A stretch of DNA of 63,932 bases, filler included, from Porpidia crustulata (taxonomy: Eukaryota), in the NCBI GenBank assembly GCA_964255105.1. It is 10 parts of 10 records of this genome, joined end to end, with 100 filler letters (N's around TTAATTAATTAA, not from the genome) between each part and the next. Parts side by side here need not be neighbours in the genome. Positions count along the whole stretch, not along the records: positions 12,840 to 19,147 come from CAXUWE010001575.1; positions 19,248 to 25,551 come from CAXUWE010001576.1; positions 25,652 to 31,955 come from CAXUWE010001577.1; 7 more parts are not named here. The stretch is one strand, 5' to 3'. Within the stretch, counting starts at the first letter, position 1, and every line of letters starts with the position of its first letter. The translations under genes were made by a program, and so were the position numbers. Under the pieces are notes generated by a model. That model saw only the letters and a program-made list of their open reading frames with translations. It did not search any database and was not told where the DNA came from. Below are positions 12,740 through 25,663 of the stretch, piece by piece.

Positions 12740-13661
12740 NNNNNNNNNNNNNNNNNNNNNNNNNNNNNNNNNNNNNNNNNNNNTTAATTAATTAANNNNN
12801 NNNNNNNNNNNNNNNNNNNNNNNNNNNNNNNNNNNNNNNGGGGGGTTTGGAATTTTTGGAAATTTGGGATGGAGGTGTGGTGAGGGTGGGTTTGTTTCAG
12901 AAAGGGGGTCCGTTCTGGGTCTTACGGAAAATGACTATGTTTTGATCCTAGTGGTTATCCCAATGGTGCTTTCTTGGAAATATTCCTTACTGTTCTCTCT
13001 ATTTATTTAGTATTTAAGAAATAAATCGGATTGCCAGCTCACAGATAGGAAGTAAAGGAGGTGAATGTTGGGAATATTCTTGAAAATTTTGGGAGGTATG
13101 GATGCTTGATTATGGAGTTTGCGGAATGGATCAGGGATGGAATGGGATGGGATGAGGGAAGGGGAAAGGCGGAGGATTTGAGATATATTGAGGTGAATGA
13201 GAAATATCTTAGCTTCAGGTAGGGTTGTTTGGTTGTTGCTCTACTGAATTTTGCGATGCCGCTTGAGCATTCTTGGATGTAGTTGGAGACGAGGGGCGTA
13301 TGATATCACGCAAGGAAGCTTTACACACTGAAGCGTGCCAGACCAGCTACGGTTGAATCGACATTGTTGTCGATTCGATTATTATGTTTTTTCCAAGCTT
13401 TCTGTAACCTCTCCCCTGTTCTTTGAATGCTGGCTTAGTGCATTCGAGGGTGACGATGGAGCATGCGAGGGACGTTGCGAGTATTGTGATGATGGTTTGA
13501 AAGCTATTTCATACAGATATATCGGTTGCACGATGGAGTAGGTGAAATAGAGTTGGCTCGCGAGCCAGTGCTTTTCCGTAATTGTTATATTATCAATATC
13601 GCGTATTTTATAGAACTCATTTGGTCTGTCTCTGGAAACAGAAACATGCTCAAGGCAGTAA

Positions 13662-14608
13662 TCACACCACTCTCCTCTCGACCGCTAGATCGGTATCATC
13701 TCCCGGAGAATAGCAGGTTCGGTCCATGATCTGGAATGGGGCATCGCTCATTGAAAGGGGCGCTTCAGGGAGTCTCCAATTACTAGCGATAACGTCAAAA
13801 CGGCCTCCCTCGGCCACTTTAACGAATTTCAAAGGCTCCAAGAGATGGGCCACGAGCGTGGCGATCTTTTCGTCTGCTAGCGGCTCAATAAAGGAGTAAT
13901 CCTGCCTGAGAGTAACGGAAAGATTCTGGAGGTTTGGCATAGATGCGAGACTGCGGCAAGTCTGATGCCAGGCCGCTATAACCTGATTTGCGTTCATTGT
14001 ATCAAGCTCCAGGATCCGGTAGAAGTTTCTTTCAAGATGGAGATTAGAAAGATGACGGAGCCATGCAAAATTTGGTTGGCCAAGGTTGGCGAATAGAACG
14101 TCAGCTTGCCAGACTGTGAATATTGGGGCCGAATACAAGAGTGGGAGGGCTTCGACATAGCTGCAGCCAGAAGTCAATGTGCTGTGGACCGAACATGCTG
14201 TGCTGCGGTACTATCCTAAGTAGCTCAAGAGGGTTGGATTATAGCGACGCACATTAGTCTACAAGACAGATAAGGCGCCAGCAAGCGGCCGTTGGGGTCG
14301 TGTGCCTTGTTCACGTTGATCTTTTCGTCCAATCCGTCGATACTATATCGATGCGCGTCCCAGACCCTACCTGCCTGCCATTCTTGGCATCTCATGTGAG
14401 CCACGCGGTAGCCCAGGTTCACGATATGTATGAGCGAGGGCCCGGAAACGTGTTTGTAGATGATCAATCGGATCTCAACAGGTAAGCGATGAAGGAAAAT
14501 TGACTGTTGCTGAGCGTAGGGTTTCCCTATATCGCCATGTCTTCTGGTAAATGAGTCTTTGAGCCCTGAGAGCCATCTCATGAAACTGCAATATATGAGG
14601 CCTTCCAT
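13662..14608 (-). CDS. Hypothetical protein with F-box-like N-terminus (DUF7730-like); exons 14608-14253, 14160-13662
   Basis: QQQSIFLHRLPVEIRLIIY...IHIV...LSCRLIYVEALPLLYS pattern; 92-nt GTGCGT..CAG intron joins the two ORFs in frame. Confidence 0.65.
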
Positions 14609-17600
14609 GGTCTACCATGATATCCGCTTCCTATTTGTTCGTAGATCATAGAGTAGAACACAGACCGAGAAGAGCTTTAGATGATAGTTCAAGTGTCTGT
14701 ATTAAGGTACTTGACGAAGTGACCGCAATGCGCAATGTATATGCCACATAGAGTCTCGTTTACCACAAACGCGGATACTTCGAATGCGGCGCATTTAGAT
14801 TCGAATCGGACGATGTGACATACTGCTTTTGTGCCGCTCTAAAGATCTGTTGGAACAAAATGCGACCGCACCTGTTCTTTGCTAATCCACTATATGTATA
14901 TCAATGCCAACAAGATCCGGATATTCGTACAAGAGTCAGTGCAATCAGGGTGAGAGATAAGATGGGAAGGAAAATAGACCTACCTTTCCGTGGGTCAGCG
15001 ATCCTAGGGTTAGGGTTGTCAAAATCTTTATGGTTCGGTACCTTACCTAAACGTTCACGAGTCAGTAGCTTAATGTAAGTTACTTCGAAATATGTAATTG
15101 TTCTTTTGTAAATTAGTTGGTAAAGACTTTGAACATACGATATCCTGGTCTACCTGAAAAAGCCGGGATATCTCCAACATGCGAATCAGGTAATATTACA
15201 ATACTCTTCCTAAATACCCCAGTCCAAATATCACCTTTGCGGCGAAGATAACCCACAAGAACGCCGAAATTTCTTTGCCTCGTCCATCTGGAGCGATTTT
15301 CCGTCAATCTGAACAGGATGCTTACTGTAATAAGTCTCATCCTCACTGCCGAAGATCTATCGCCTCGAAAACCGCCAAGTCCTTCTGACCGCCTGCTTAA
15401 TCGGAGTCACAGTGTTGTCTATCACGCTTACGTCTCCCCCTTTAACATTTCTGTGACTTATCCAGATTTCATCGATTTTCGAACGAAATAAAGACAGATG
15501 GAATGCGCAGTCTCAGCTGGATTAGTAGGAGAATATATGAACTATTTTCTATCCCCACGTATTCATTGTGATATGGTGAGTCATCTCTATAGTCGAGTAT
15601 CAAATAAGAACAAGCGGAAAGAAATTATATTCATCAGCATTGAGCACGCTTTTGAGATCGACGCAGTCTGCCCAGCCGCAGGAATTTTGGGGAAAGTTCT
15701 GCCGGCCAAGTCACGATCTTTATCTTGTCGTCCTACGCATTGCACTGTCGACCCAGTAGCATATTTTGGATTTTGGAGTAAACCTGAACGGCAAAGGATG
15801 CTGGCTATCCTTTTTGAAGCCGAAATAATTCTGGCCGCAAACTGACCACTCGATTTAGTTCTATCTTCTTCTGAACCGGTAATCCGTTCAAGTACTGAGG
15901 CTCAGTGGGTCTTCTCCAGAACAGCCTAGGATTTCGCACTTCATGGAATTCTCTGTGTCTCTCGACGAGCATTGTAGATGACGGGCTTGCAAATCTAGTA
16001 AAGGTGGGTCGGATATGACGACAGACATACTAATGATAGCCAAGAGAAAGGAAGAGAGCAGGTAGGCCGAAGGACGAGGAGTACAGAGGATAACGGTAAT
16101 GGTAGGACGTAGAGCATGAAGATACTTTCTCAATGAGATATATGAGACTGTAACGGAGAGCCGTACGATTTCCTGCCAACTGCTGGTTCTTTACCTTAGT
16201 ATCTATGTGCGGCCTCAACGATGAAGAATGGGCTCAGGCAAAAGGTGCATATATTCTCTCTTACCCGACTCGGCAGAAATTACAAACAATGTCAATCTTA
16301 GATCTCGCTGCTGCTGCTGCTGTACACCATCACAAGTAGACAAGGACGTTGTATTCCTCGTCGACTCGGTCAACCTCGAGATCTCGAGTAAGGAGCGGTG
16401 AGAACGTTTCGACTCTAGACTCTAGACTCCAGAGAGATACTAGTCGTGCTAGTGTAGTAGGATAACAAGATTAATAGAAGCCTCGACAATTTAGTATCAT
16501 GTGCATATACAGAGGACTTTGATATGTGATTTAGTTGGGTAAAAGCTTGACGAGACCGATCATGGACCGCTATTCATCGCTGCTTTACGTGCTGTTAAGA
16601 TGATGTTCGGGCGCTTCATCTTAGAGTGCGATATAACTCGTCAAGCTAACATTTAAGAAGATGTAATTCAAATCATGAGAGCAGTGGGCAGAAAGCAACT
16701 GAGAGCACTTTCATGCGTAGCGTTCATACTGGCCGTCGCCTACACAAGAATAACTTGAAGATCAAGATCTCCTACCCAGGGTGACGGAACAACGAGTACG
16801 AGCGGATACGGGGGGGACGGGGGATTAGAATTTCGGGCTAAATTGGGGCTGTCGATTAGTGTCAGCCAATTCAGCTAGGTACGGGCACCCCATTGGCGCC
16901 CGAAAAGCCTTTTTCATCTTCGACGACCGCCTCGACCGACTTTTATTTCGTACAACAGTAAACTTGAAATGGAATGATGAACTAAATGTAACAACAGTAA
17001 CCCTTGGATTAAGCATATGCGGATGATAGTCATTGACATTAAAGATTTACACACGTGGGATACTGTCGGCAATGATAGAATGCAGCATCCGAATGGCTTC
17101 TTATCGAACGCATGTCGATCATGACCTCTTTCGAGCATCGCCATGCAGGGCACCCAGACAGCTTACGCTGCAGGTCCATGTCCGAGGGTCCCTGATCTTG
17201 TTCTGCCGACATGGTTCGGAAAGAAAGATACCTAGATGATCATGTCCTAAGATCATCGATGGGACGAGAGAGTTTATCTCCAACTCAATCCTTAGTGATG
17301 TTGATCGCTGTCAGAACAATCTTGCAGACAGAGCCTCTTCAAGCTACCAAATGGAAACAACCAACACAGCTAAATGGAAGTGTTCGTAATTTCATACTAA
17401 CGAAGAATCGTTCCTTGCGTGTGAAATATCTACGTCAACGGCGCCTGCAACAGAGCGCAGAGGCTTGAAGATACTTTCGCTCCCACCAGAAATGGTAAGA
17501 CCCGAGGGTACCTCGAAGCTTAATCCCGCCGTCTTACTTCACATCTTCACATTCCCAACCTCGGCACACATCTATAACCGTCTTAATCTCTCCTGTCCAA

Positions 17601-18064
17601 CGCCTACCCCACGATGCACTGCAGTTACTATTGGCACTGCTATGCTAGTCGAGACATTCGGAACTCGAATCTTGTTTTCCTGCATACGAAACGGCTCGAG
17701 GATGACTTCTTCTTCACTTTATCGTAGCGAGTCTGCAGATGCAACGTTGACGGCGTCTCAGAAGCTATGTTGTATTCCATTAAGCTTACCAGACAAGGTC
17801 GGAGCTAGCGATATTGCCTTCAGCTAGTCCCTCCCTTGGTTCAAGGAAGACTCAGTTCCTACAAGCTACCAGAAGCCACCAGCGCCTCAGCTCAGGAATC
17901 GTGACATGCCGGGGCCCAAAAGGGACGCTACATGCGAATGAGGGCTTTCTTCTGCTTCAGCCGTGCCACCAACAGAATGAGTCCGTCGTCATTCTGCGCC
18001 TGGCCACGGGTGGGGTATCGTGGTGCCAGGCCGTAGTCGGATGGGGAAAGAGCGAGGGAAGGAC

Positions 18065-18070
18065 TATAAA
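18065..18070 (+). promoter_or_regulatory. TATA box of the hydrophobin gene
   Basis: TATAAA about 130 nt upstream of the ATG, followed by a C/A-rich leader and CAAAATG start context. Confidence 0.6.
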
Positions 18071-18193
18071 GACCTCCTCCGCTCAATAGATTGATTATCA
18101 TCAGCTCCTCAACCTTCAAAGATCTCCCTCCAGTACTTACACTACAACAACTAAATCCCCATCTCAAAAACAAACTCTCACCTACCTCCCAAA

Positions 18194-18646
18194 ATGCAAT
18201 TCTCCAGCCTCATCGCCCTCCTCTCCTTCACTCTCACCGCCTCAGCCGCCGTCATCCAACGCACCACTCCATCCTGTAGCAACAACCAGTCCCTCATGTG
18301 CTGCAACACCATCACCCAGCAAGTCACCGGTGGTACCGTCGAGAACGTCGGTGTTCAATGCAACCCCGTCAACAGTGCGTCCCCTTCCCTATCCCCGACA
18401 ACATCGTCTTCCAGACGCCGTAGAGCTGACATGACATTCCCACAGTCGCCAACATCAACCTTCCCGTCTCCGGCCAATGCATTGGATCCCAACAACTCGC
18501 CTGCTGTAACACGGGTACCGTGAACCAGGTAAGCCCTCTTACCCCCAGCCCATCTTCCCTTGAGAAATCATTCTAACATCCTCGCCCACACACAGTCCGG
18601 CACCATCAACGTCAACTTCGGCGGTATTTGCCCCGTCATCTTCTAG
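18194..18646 (+). CDS. Hydrophobin, class I-like, 104 aa (exons 18194-18374, 18446-18528, 18596-18646)
   Basis: Signal peptide MQFSSLIALLSFTLTASAA. Spliced protein has 8 Cys in C-CC-C-C-CC-C order. Two canonical introns with CTGAC/CTAAC branch sites; C-ending codon bias. Confidence 0.88.
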
Positions 18647-19270
18647 CCCTCTTCGACGATCTTCCTCTCTCCGAAAAACACATCTCTTACGCAAGTGCAG
18701 ATGGCACTTTACCGTTCAACAGTGTCTGCCCGGTGATTTTCTGATCGGCGAGTGCGAACGGTATTTGATTTCGACGAGCGATGAGGCGGCATAAATCTAG
18801 GCGTTGCATCCGGGAATTGGGTTGCACAGGGGTGGATAGTGGACGTTGATGTGTTTTGTAATTTTCATAGGAACATAATGTAAATATGGATTTCAAGGAA
18901 AATAAGCAGTAATTTTGCAATGAAATCAAGTCTTTCCATCATTTCTATTTCATCTCAGACACCTTTTCTTTCCGCAGCCTCAACCTTTCTCCATCACCCT
19001 TTTTCAAAATATTCAATTTTCGTCCTTGCCAAATCCACCCACGCGCCATTTATCATCATTCTTTCATTCCCTCCAGAATCTTCTACAGCAAACGCATTCA
19101 CATTATATCAACCACCATTATACCCTCTCCCTTACCCTCTCCTTTTANNNNNNNNNNNNNNNNNNNNNNNNNNNNNNNNNNNNNNNNNNNNTTAATTAAT
19201 TAANNNNNNNNNNNNNNNNNNNNNNNNNNNNNNNNNNNNNNNNNNNNAAACCCCCCCACTTCTACAACAA

Positions 19271-21323
19271 CTAAGGCAACGCCATAAAAACCGGCAACAT
19301 CTTCCCATAATTCGGCGTCCCTAACCCCGTCACCGGATCCCACCCGCTCACCGCCGTGAACCCCGGCGTCCCGCACCCTTGATTCCCGCCGCTCGTGATA
19401 TCGTTCAGTATGGTCGGGTTCGAGTACAGCGTCGGGTTGATGAAACCGACGGCACCCTTGCCGCTGTTGGCGCGCTGTTCGTTGATCAAGGTGATGACGG
19501 AGCCAAAGGTCGGGGACGAGGCCGAGGTGCCGTAGATGAGGCTCAGGGTGCCATCGACCGCGACGACGTAGTTGGCGCCATTGGCGGAGATGTCTGGGTA
19601 GCCGCGTACAGTCCCGGAATTGTTGTACTGGGTGGCGGTGTATGTAGGCCTGTGGTTGGCAAAGTAGGAGCTCACAGCCGAGGATTGGTACGAGGGTTTG
19701 GCGAAGACGTTACTGAAGCCACCCCCTGAGTAGATGACGGTTTCGCAGGCCTCCTCGGGGGCAGTCACACTGGCGCCGGGCACGATCTGCGTGGCACCAA
19801 CCGCGGTAACGTATGGGCACGTTGCCGGGAAGGAGGGATTGAAGGTGCCACTGCCGCCATTGTTGTAGGTACCGCCGGCGCATTTGGCCTTTGTGCAGCA
19901 CTGACCGCCATTCCCGGCGACACCGTAGTCGCCTGAGGAGTAGAGGACGGTGACGCCTTGCATGCCTAGTTTCATGTATTCGTTGCACTGGCGGACCTCG
20001 TAGGCGGGGGAGAGGTCGGCTTCGTTGTAGCCGTAGGAGGTGGAGATGACTGCAGTGGGGGCGTAGCGGCCGCAATCTTTGGATTTATAGCCGCCAGCGG
20101 AAGAGTCTGGGTAGATGGAATCACTATTCGAGGGTTAGATTGGCCAGTTTATTTTACATCAGTGCAGCTTACTAGGTTGGGTTGTCTCCACCACCGGAGC
20201 TGCAGTAGGCCGAGTCAATGCCGTCTAGGAAGTTGTTGAACGATGCTCCGATGACCGTATCACCGGTTTGGTAGACGGTTACCTTCTGAGGGTAGACAAG
20301 CGCGATGGCGTATTCCAGGTCAAGGTCCGACTCTCCATTGTTGTTGAAGCTCTGGGACGTTGTGATGTCCACTCCTCCATCGATGGAATCGAAGATTGGG
20401 CCAGTTCCTGAAGGGATTTCGCGGGCCAGATTTGAGTAGAAGAGGTTGAGGTCGGTTTGGAGGTAGGAATTCGGTGTGTATTCAACGATTCCATAAGACG
20501 ACTTGGCGAGAGTTCCGTTTCCGAAATTGTAAAGTGCTCGAAGACACTCCGGCGTAACGTAGGTGTTACAATTAGAGAGTGTGTAGGCATCTGTGGCTGG
20601 AGTGATGTCTGGGCCAGCAATGACCTTACCCTTCTTCGGTTTGAAACCGATGTTGTTTGGGTCACCGGGTCTCAGATTTGTGGGAAGATCACGCTTGGTT
20701 CGCGCTTTCTCGGATTCCGAGATCTGCGTGTCGAAATGGATGGTTGGCATGATGAAATCGACATGTTGTCTGGTAGTCTCGGGAACGCTGTATTCGTCGC
20801 AGCCAAGATGTCCTTGACCTGTTTCGTGGCCGTAGAACTTATACTCTGTCCGCAGCAGAGCTTCTACCTCAGCGATGGAAGCGTTAAAATCCAGCCAATT
20901 TCTCCCCAAAGACAGAGCAATCCGAGAGGATTCGATCCCAGAGGAAGTGAGCCAGTCGCGGACGGAATCAACCGACTCTTGCTTGGGCGCAAAGAAGTCG
21001 GCAACCTATTCAGCTTAGTCTCTACACACTGGTGAGATTGCAGCAGACGCAGAATTGCTTACCTCTTTAGCAGTCCAATGCTTACCGTAGTTTTTGCTCT
21101 CAGGATGGGAAATATCCATGAGGATATCATGGCCCTGGTCGAGGTTTCCCTGCGTCAAGCCAACACGGACAGGCAGCGTGATACGTTTGTCAGGTTTCGT
21201 ATGCGAGACTTCAGACCAGGTAGCCTCATTGCCGCGCTTCTCGTGGACAACATAGCGTGTAGACGCGGGCAAAGCCGTGACACCAGCAGCAAGTGCACTT
21301 ATGATGGCAAGGGAGACACGCAT
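19271..21323 (-). CDS. Secreted sedolisin / tripeptidyl-peptidase (peptidase S53) with pro-kumamolisin domain (exons 21323-21063, 21005-20173, 20123-19271)
   Basis: Signal peptide; prodomain ISHPESKNYGKHWT; catalytic ESDLD, SSGDYG, GTSASSP; Ca site GWDPVTGLGTP. Confidence 0.95.
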
Positions 21324-24300
21324 CTTGAAGACTGGCTTGGTAAGTATTCAATTGCAAGGAGCTGAGCAGCAAAGCTCAATCGTCGAGAAAGAAGCATCTT
21401 ATATAACTAGGCCCTGTGACGACCATCTGCATGGGGTTGCCAAGTCCGTACATGTAGCTTCGTCAAAGATAAGCCCATTAGCTATCGAGAAAGATGCCGA
21501 ATTAGACAATTATGGTAAGAGCTCAAAGGCTCGAAAGAACAATTATCGCCCGCGTATGTACACGAACACGGAGTATCACAGAGGATGTCTGCATTGCCGT
21601 CATGACAGAAGATCTAGCTCGGTGGGGAGACACAGATAGGTACAACCCAATGAGAAAGATGTCACAAGGCCACGGTCAAAAATCGAGCAGTGCTTCAACG
21701 CCATATCGAATCTCTCATAAGACTCGTCCATTATAATGACATGGGTTGAAAAGGGAAGGCAAATCGGAGAGTTGGTACCACAAAGGTACAGGTGGTGGTT
21801 GCGTGAGTTCGATGAGACTCCGAGAGTATTGGACAGAGATGTAGCTCGATTTGGCACAAGTGCTCTGACTGGATAGACTATACAAGCATCATTCCTGAAA
21901 AGTCAGCTTATTGTCGCTGCCACCTGCCGCATCTGTAGGAATCGCTGATGGATCGCATTAGAAGATGGAATTGGACGATGTCTGAGCAACGATTTCCATC
22001 GAAAGATAAGCTGAGATTTAATGCTATCGGCGTGGGCTCTGCCTTAGCTGTGTCGTTGTCATAAGCATGAAGATAGCCTTGCGTCGTTGGCCTGCCAAAC
22101 TAACAGGCGGGGAAGCTCGAGGGTACGATATCTGATATACTGCCAAGAGTAAGGATTGGCTGGCAATGTGACCATCCGACTGTGTCGGTAGCCTCAAAAG
22201 GAATAGCAAACACTTCTACTTGCTGCGGACCTTCGACACCATCGATCCAAGACGGCGCGCAATGATTGATATCAACCATCAATGACGTCGATGCTTAGCG
22301 ACAGTCGACGAAAAGGGCAGGTGGAAGTTGTAGTAATTCTTCATTGGAAGACTCGCCGCTCGCCGAACGCCTTGCGATCAATAATCAGCAATCTCTTCTG
22401 CCTAAGACTTCAACAAAGGGGCGAACAGGTATTGCACGAAGTAGATGGTCCTGCCATTTACGTGTAGCTCAATTTTTAGGATTGCCGCTCGTCCTGTTCA
22501 CTTGCAAACCTTCCTCTTCTGTACAAACGCCGGGTGATCTACCTACTACGTAGAGTATTCTGGCGGGTGGGACAGTGAGGCGTCCGGAACTCGGAGAGCG
22601 GTCCGCAACCTTCTGCAAGAGCCAGAGAAACCTTGGGGAAAGATAAATTCGTTGAACAATAGTAGGTATAGTCCACGCGCCACACACGCCACAGTAGTAA
22701 AGCCAAAAATTGAGATTTATCTCACACCGTGCCAAGAAATTGTGTGCCTCCAAACCCTGTGGCTGAGTAAGCCAATCTTTTCCCATGACCCCTCAGCGGA
22801 CCACCCAGCCTTGTCACGGTGTCTAAAGTCATTGCACCACTTGATCTCAGTGTGTATTACTACACGGCAGAACCTCTACATTCTCGATGAGAACGTTGTT
22901 GGCATACCAGCACCCCATGGTGCTGATTTCCTTGGGTTGGTAATTTCCGGCCCTACCAGGCTAGCCTTACCCAGCTAGCCCTATCACATTCGCTTATTTA
23001 GCGCTAGTGGGACTGCAGAGTTTTACCTCTCCAGACCCCCTTTCGTACATACCATCTGCATCAATATAAACCACATGTATGATCACCATAATAAATGCTT
23101 CATGTTGACCAATTGCCTAATTGCTGCCACCTGATTCGCTAACAAACGTCGTGTTTGCCGCATGGAAGAAAGAGAAGAGCTGGCAAACATGTTGTTGTTT
23201 TCTCAGTAGCAAAATACGAGTCGATGACAGTATCATTGAGCATCCTAACAACTTCGTATCGAGTAATATCTCGATCTTCTGAAAGCTCTCTCTGCTGTGT
23301 GCTCTTACTTACGTGTGAGTTCTACAGACTCGGGTTGTTAAGAGTTTCGGGAAGTGATGATGGTCTTTCTGTAAAGCGTCTCCAGCTAACAAGCCATTCA
23401 AATACGCCCGAAGACCGTTGATTTCTTTGTCACGACGCCAAAATCTGCCCGGCAAAACCAACGAGGACTGAGGCCTATGATTTCGAGTACGTAAGAAGCT
23501 GATGATGAGATAGCAAGATAGAAATCAATAGCGTAACTCGAAATATTCAGTCTGATTTGGGTCGCAATGGACCATCGCTAGACGAGCTAGCTTCCGTTGT
23601 CAGCAGGTCTCCGAGCCGCCTAGCTACCCACTACCCTACCAGGTGTCGGACCTTGCCAGACTAGATGGTTCGGAGAATTTGTTGCGAATGATCTGGATTT
23701 TCCAACCAAGGCTGGAGACGGTGCTTTACTCTACGGCTAAGCGAGCAGGCGGGCAGGCGGGCAGGGCTGGTTCTGCTCAGCCTTAGAAAGCTAGGACTGC
23801 CCTACATGCTAATATTTCTTGACGAGGTAAAGAGAGTGAGTGTACTAGTAGTGGACAATCTTACCCATATGCAGTGACAGAAAGCCGACTTGTGACTTCT
23901 TGTACCGATAAGTCCTTCCTATTGCAATGATGAGTCTTTTCTGATTCAACACTGTAAATTCTGATTCCGTGCTGCGTCCACGTTGAATTCAATTACTCGC
24001 CTAGTGTACATCAGGGGCTCTCGAGATAGCGAGTGAACCCTTACATGGATGATTGCTATTGTAGTGACTACAACTACTATTCCTTCTCTCAGTCTTCGAT
24101 TTATTCGCTAGCCCAATTTTGGCAAAATCGATTGTCTGGAAAAACAAACAATGCTCTCCTATCAAACTGTTCGCTAAGACATGCAGAATGTGGAAGCCCC
24201 TGATCTCTTTAATATTTTACCGAGAAGTTCAAGTGTCATTCTCATTCAATGCAACTTCTACTATATTTAATAATTGGTGGTGGGTGTCACCATATCTCAA

Positions 24301-24822
24301 AATGTGTAACGAGATTTGAAATTCAAGTCCCAGCGACTTTAAGTACTGAGCCAGTGTATCGCTGCGATATCGTGCTGCTAAACGTGTTTAGAGATCTCAT
24401 GACTTCGAGTCCGGCTGCTCCTGTTTTTGGATCTTGCAAACCATGTATAGCATCATGCCTTGTGCTAGAGATCTTGAGTGCTGTCGATTATTACGAAAGC
24501 CTCATGACCCAGTATCAGGCCACAAGTAGCAGGATAGAGCCGAGACTCTATTACATGAAGTCAAATAGTACCAGAGCTCGCTACGATTCCTTAAGGACGA
24601 TAGTTAAAGCATATGGGGCTAGGATTGTATCTAAATAAACCCGCCATCATAACCTATACTTGGGATTCCGTCAGACAGCTGCGTTCAAGGTGAGAAACAA
24701 GTGGGAATCCAGCATGCAAGCAATAAAATTCTGTATTCTTCTCATACCTGCAAGCAAGTGCTCCCGATTTCAGTGCACTCGGTAAAATTTCTCGTTCGAC
24801 TTTTTACATTTGCTTAATTCTC

Positions 24823-25551
24823 AAGTATGAGCGATACTTTGAGATACTACGAGCACATCCTATGAACGTTGCTGTCCCGACTCTTGATGTCGATTTGGCG
24901 TGGTAAGAACCATCCTTTTTGAACAACACTGTTCCTCGTAAACTTCCACAAAATATCCTTCCACATTACTCCACCTTGTACTAGAACTAATACTTTCCCA
25001 AGGCATACCCATCAACTCACCCCTAAATCCTACTACACCTACTCCCTCGAAAAAACCCAAAAATTCATTGACCACGACGACAAAATCGACGAGGTCAAAC
25101 TTTCCAACGCCTTCGAATGGACCTCCAAAACCTACCAGAAGATGTTTTCCGCCGTCTATTCCGAATGCACTTGCTGGTACTGCGAAGCCGTCCGCGAACC
25201 CCACACCTCCAGCATCTCCCGCATCTTCAAAGCTGACTCCAACCTCAACCGCGACCTCGACCGCCTCCACAAATCCCCCACCGACACCAGTAACCCGCAC
25301 ACAACCCCCCACATCCCCGCCCACAGCGCCATCAAACCCACCACCACCAGCACCCACGCCGGCGCCGCCGCATGGGTCAATCCGCGGAACTCGAACGCGG
25401 CTACCGCAAAGCGTGCCAGCGCGCCCAGAAGAAGCACCGCACCCCGCCCGCAAGAGATGAATACATGCTCTACTACGCCTACGGCTACCCGATGTACATG
25501 CCCTACTACGCGCCCTACATGTGTGACCCTAGCATCACGCCCGGCATGTAC
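24823..25551 (+). pseudogene. C-terminal fragment of a glycine-rich-domain (DUF1399/GRDP-like) protein; 5' part missing, one frameshift
   Basis: KYERYFEILRAHPMNVAVPTLDVDLAW|intron 24903-25002|HTHQLTPKSYY...FIDHDDKIDE...YSECTCWYCEA. Homology-like sequence continues in another frame after ~25380 (ELERGYRKACQRAQKK...YAYGYPMY). No recognisable upstream coding region. Confidence 0.6.
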
Positions 25552-25663
25552 NNNNNNNNNNNNNNNNNNNNNNNNNNNNNNNNNNNNNNNNNNNNTTAAT
25601 TAATTAANNNNNNNNNNNNNNNNNNNNNNNNNNNNNNNNNNNNNNNNNNNNAACCTTCCCCCT

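Noticed and set aside
15004..15018. CTAGGGTTAGGGTTG as a telomerase RNA template or telomeric seed next to POT1
   Set aside because: Only about two repeats. It lies on a different contig from POT1, and a minus-strand transcript would run into a protein gene within 400 nt.
16375..16430. 14-bp palindrome CTCGAGATCTCGAG and GACTCTA tandem as transposon ends
   Set aside because: No partner TIR, target-site duplication or transposase remnant.
18194..21323. Hydrophobin plus sedolisin as a secreted-protein cluster
   Set aside because: They are on different contigs.
23500..23970. Box C/D snoRNA candidates (ATGATGA...CTGA at ~23502 and ~23927)
   Set aside because: Too short, no terminal stems and no recognisable rRNA guide.
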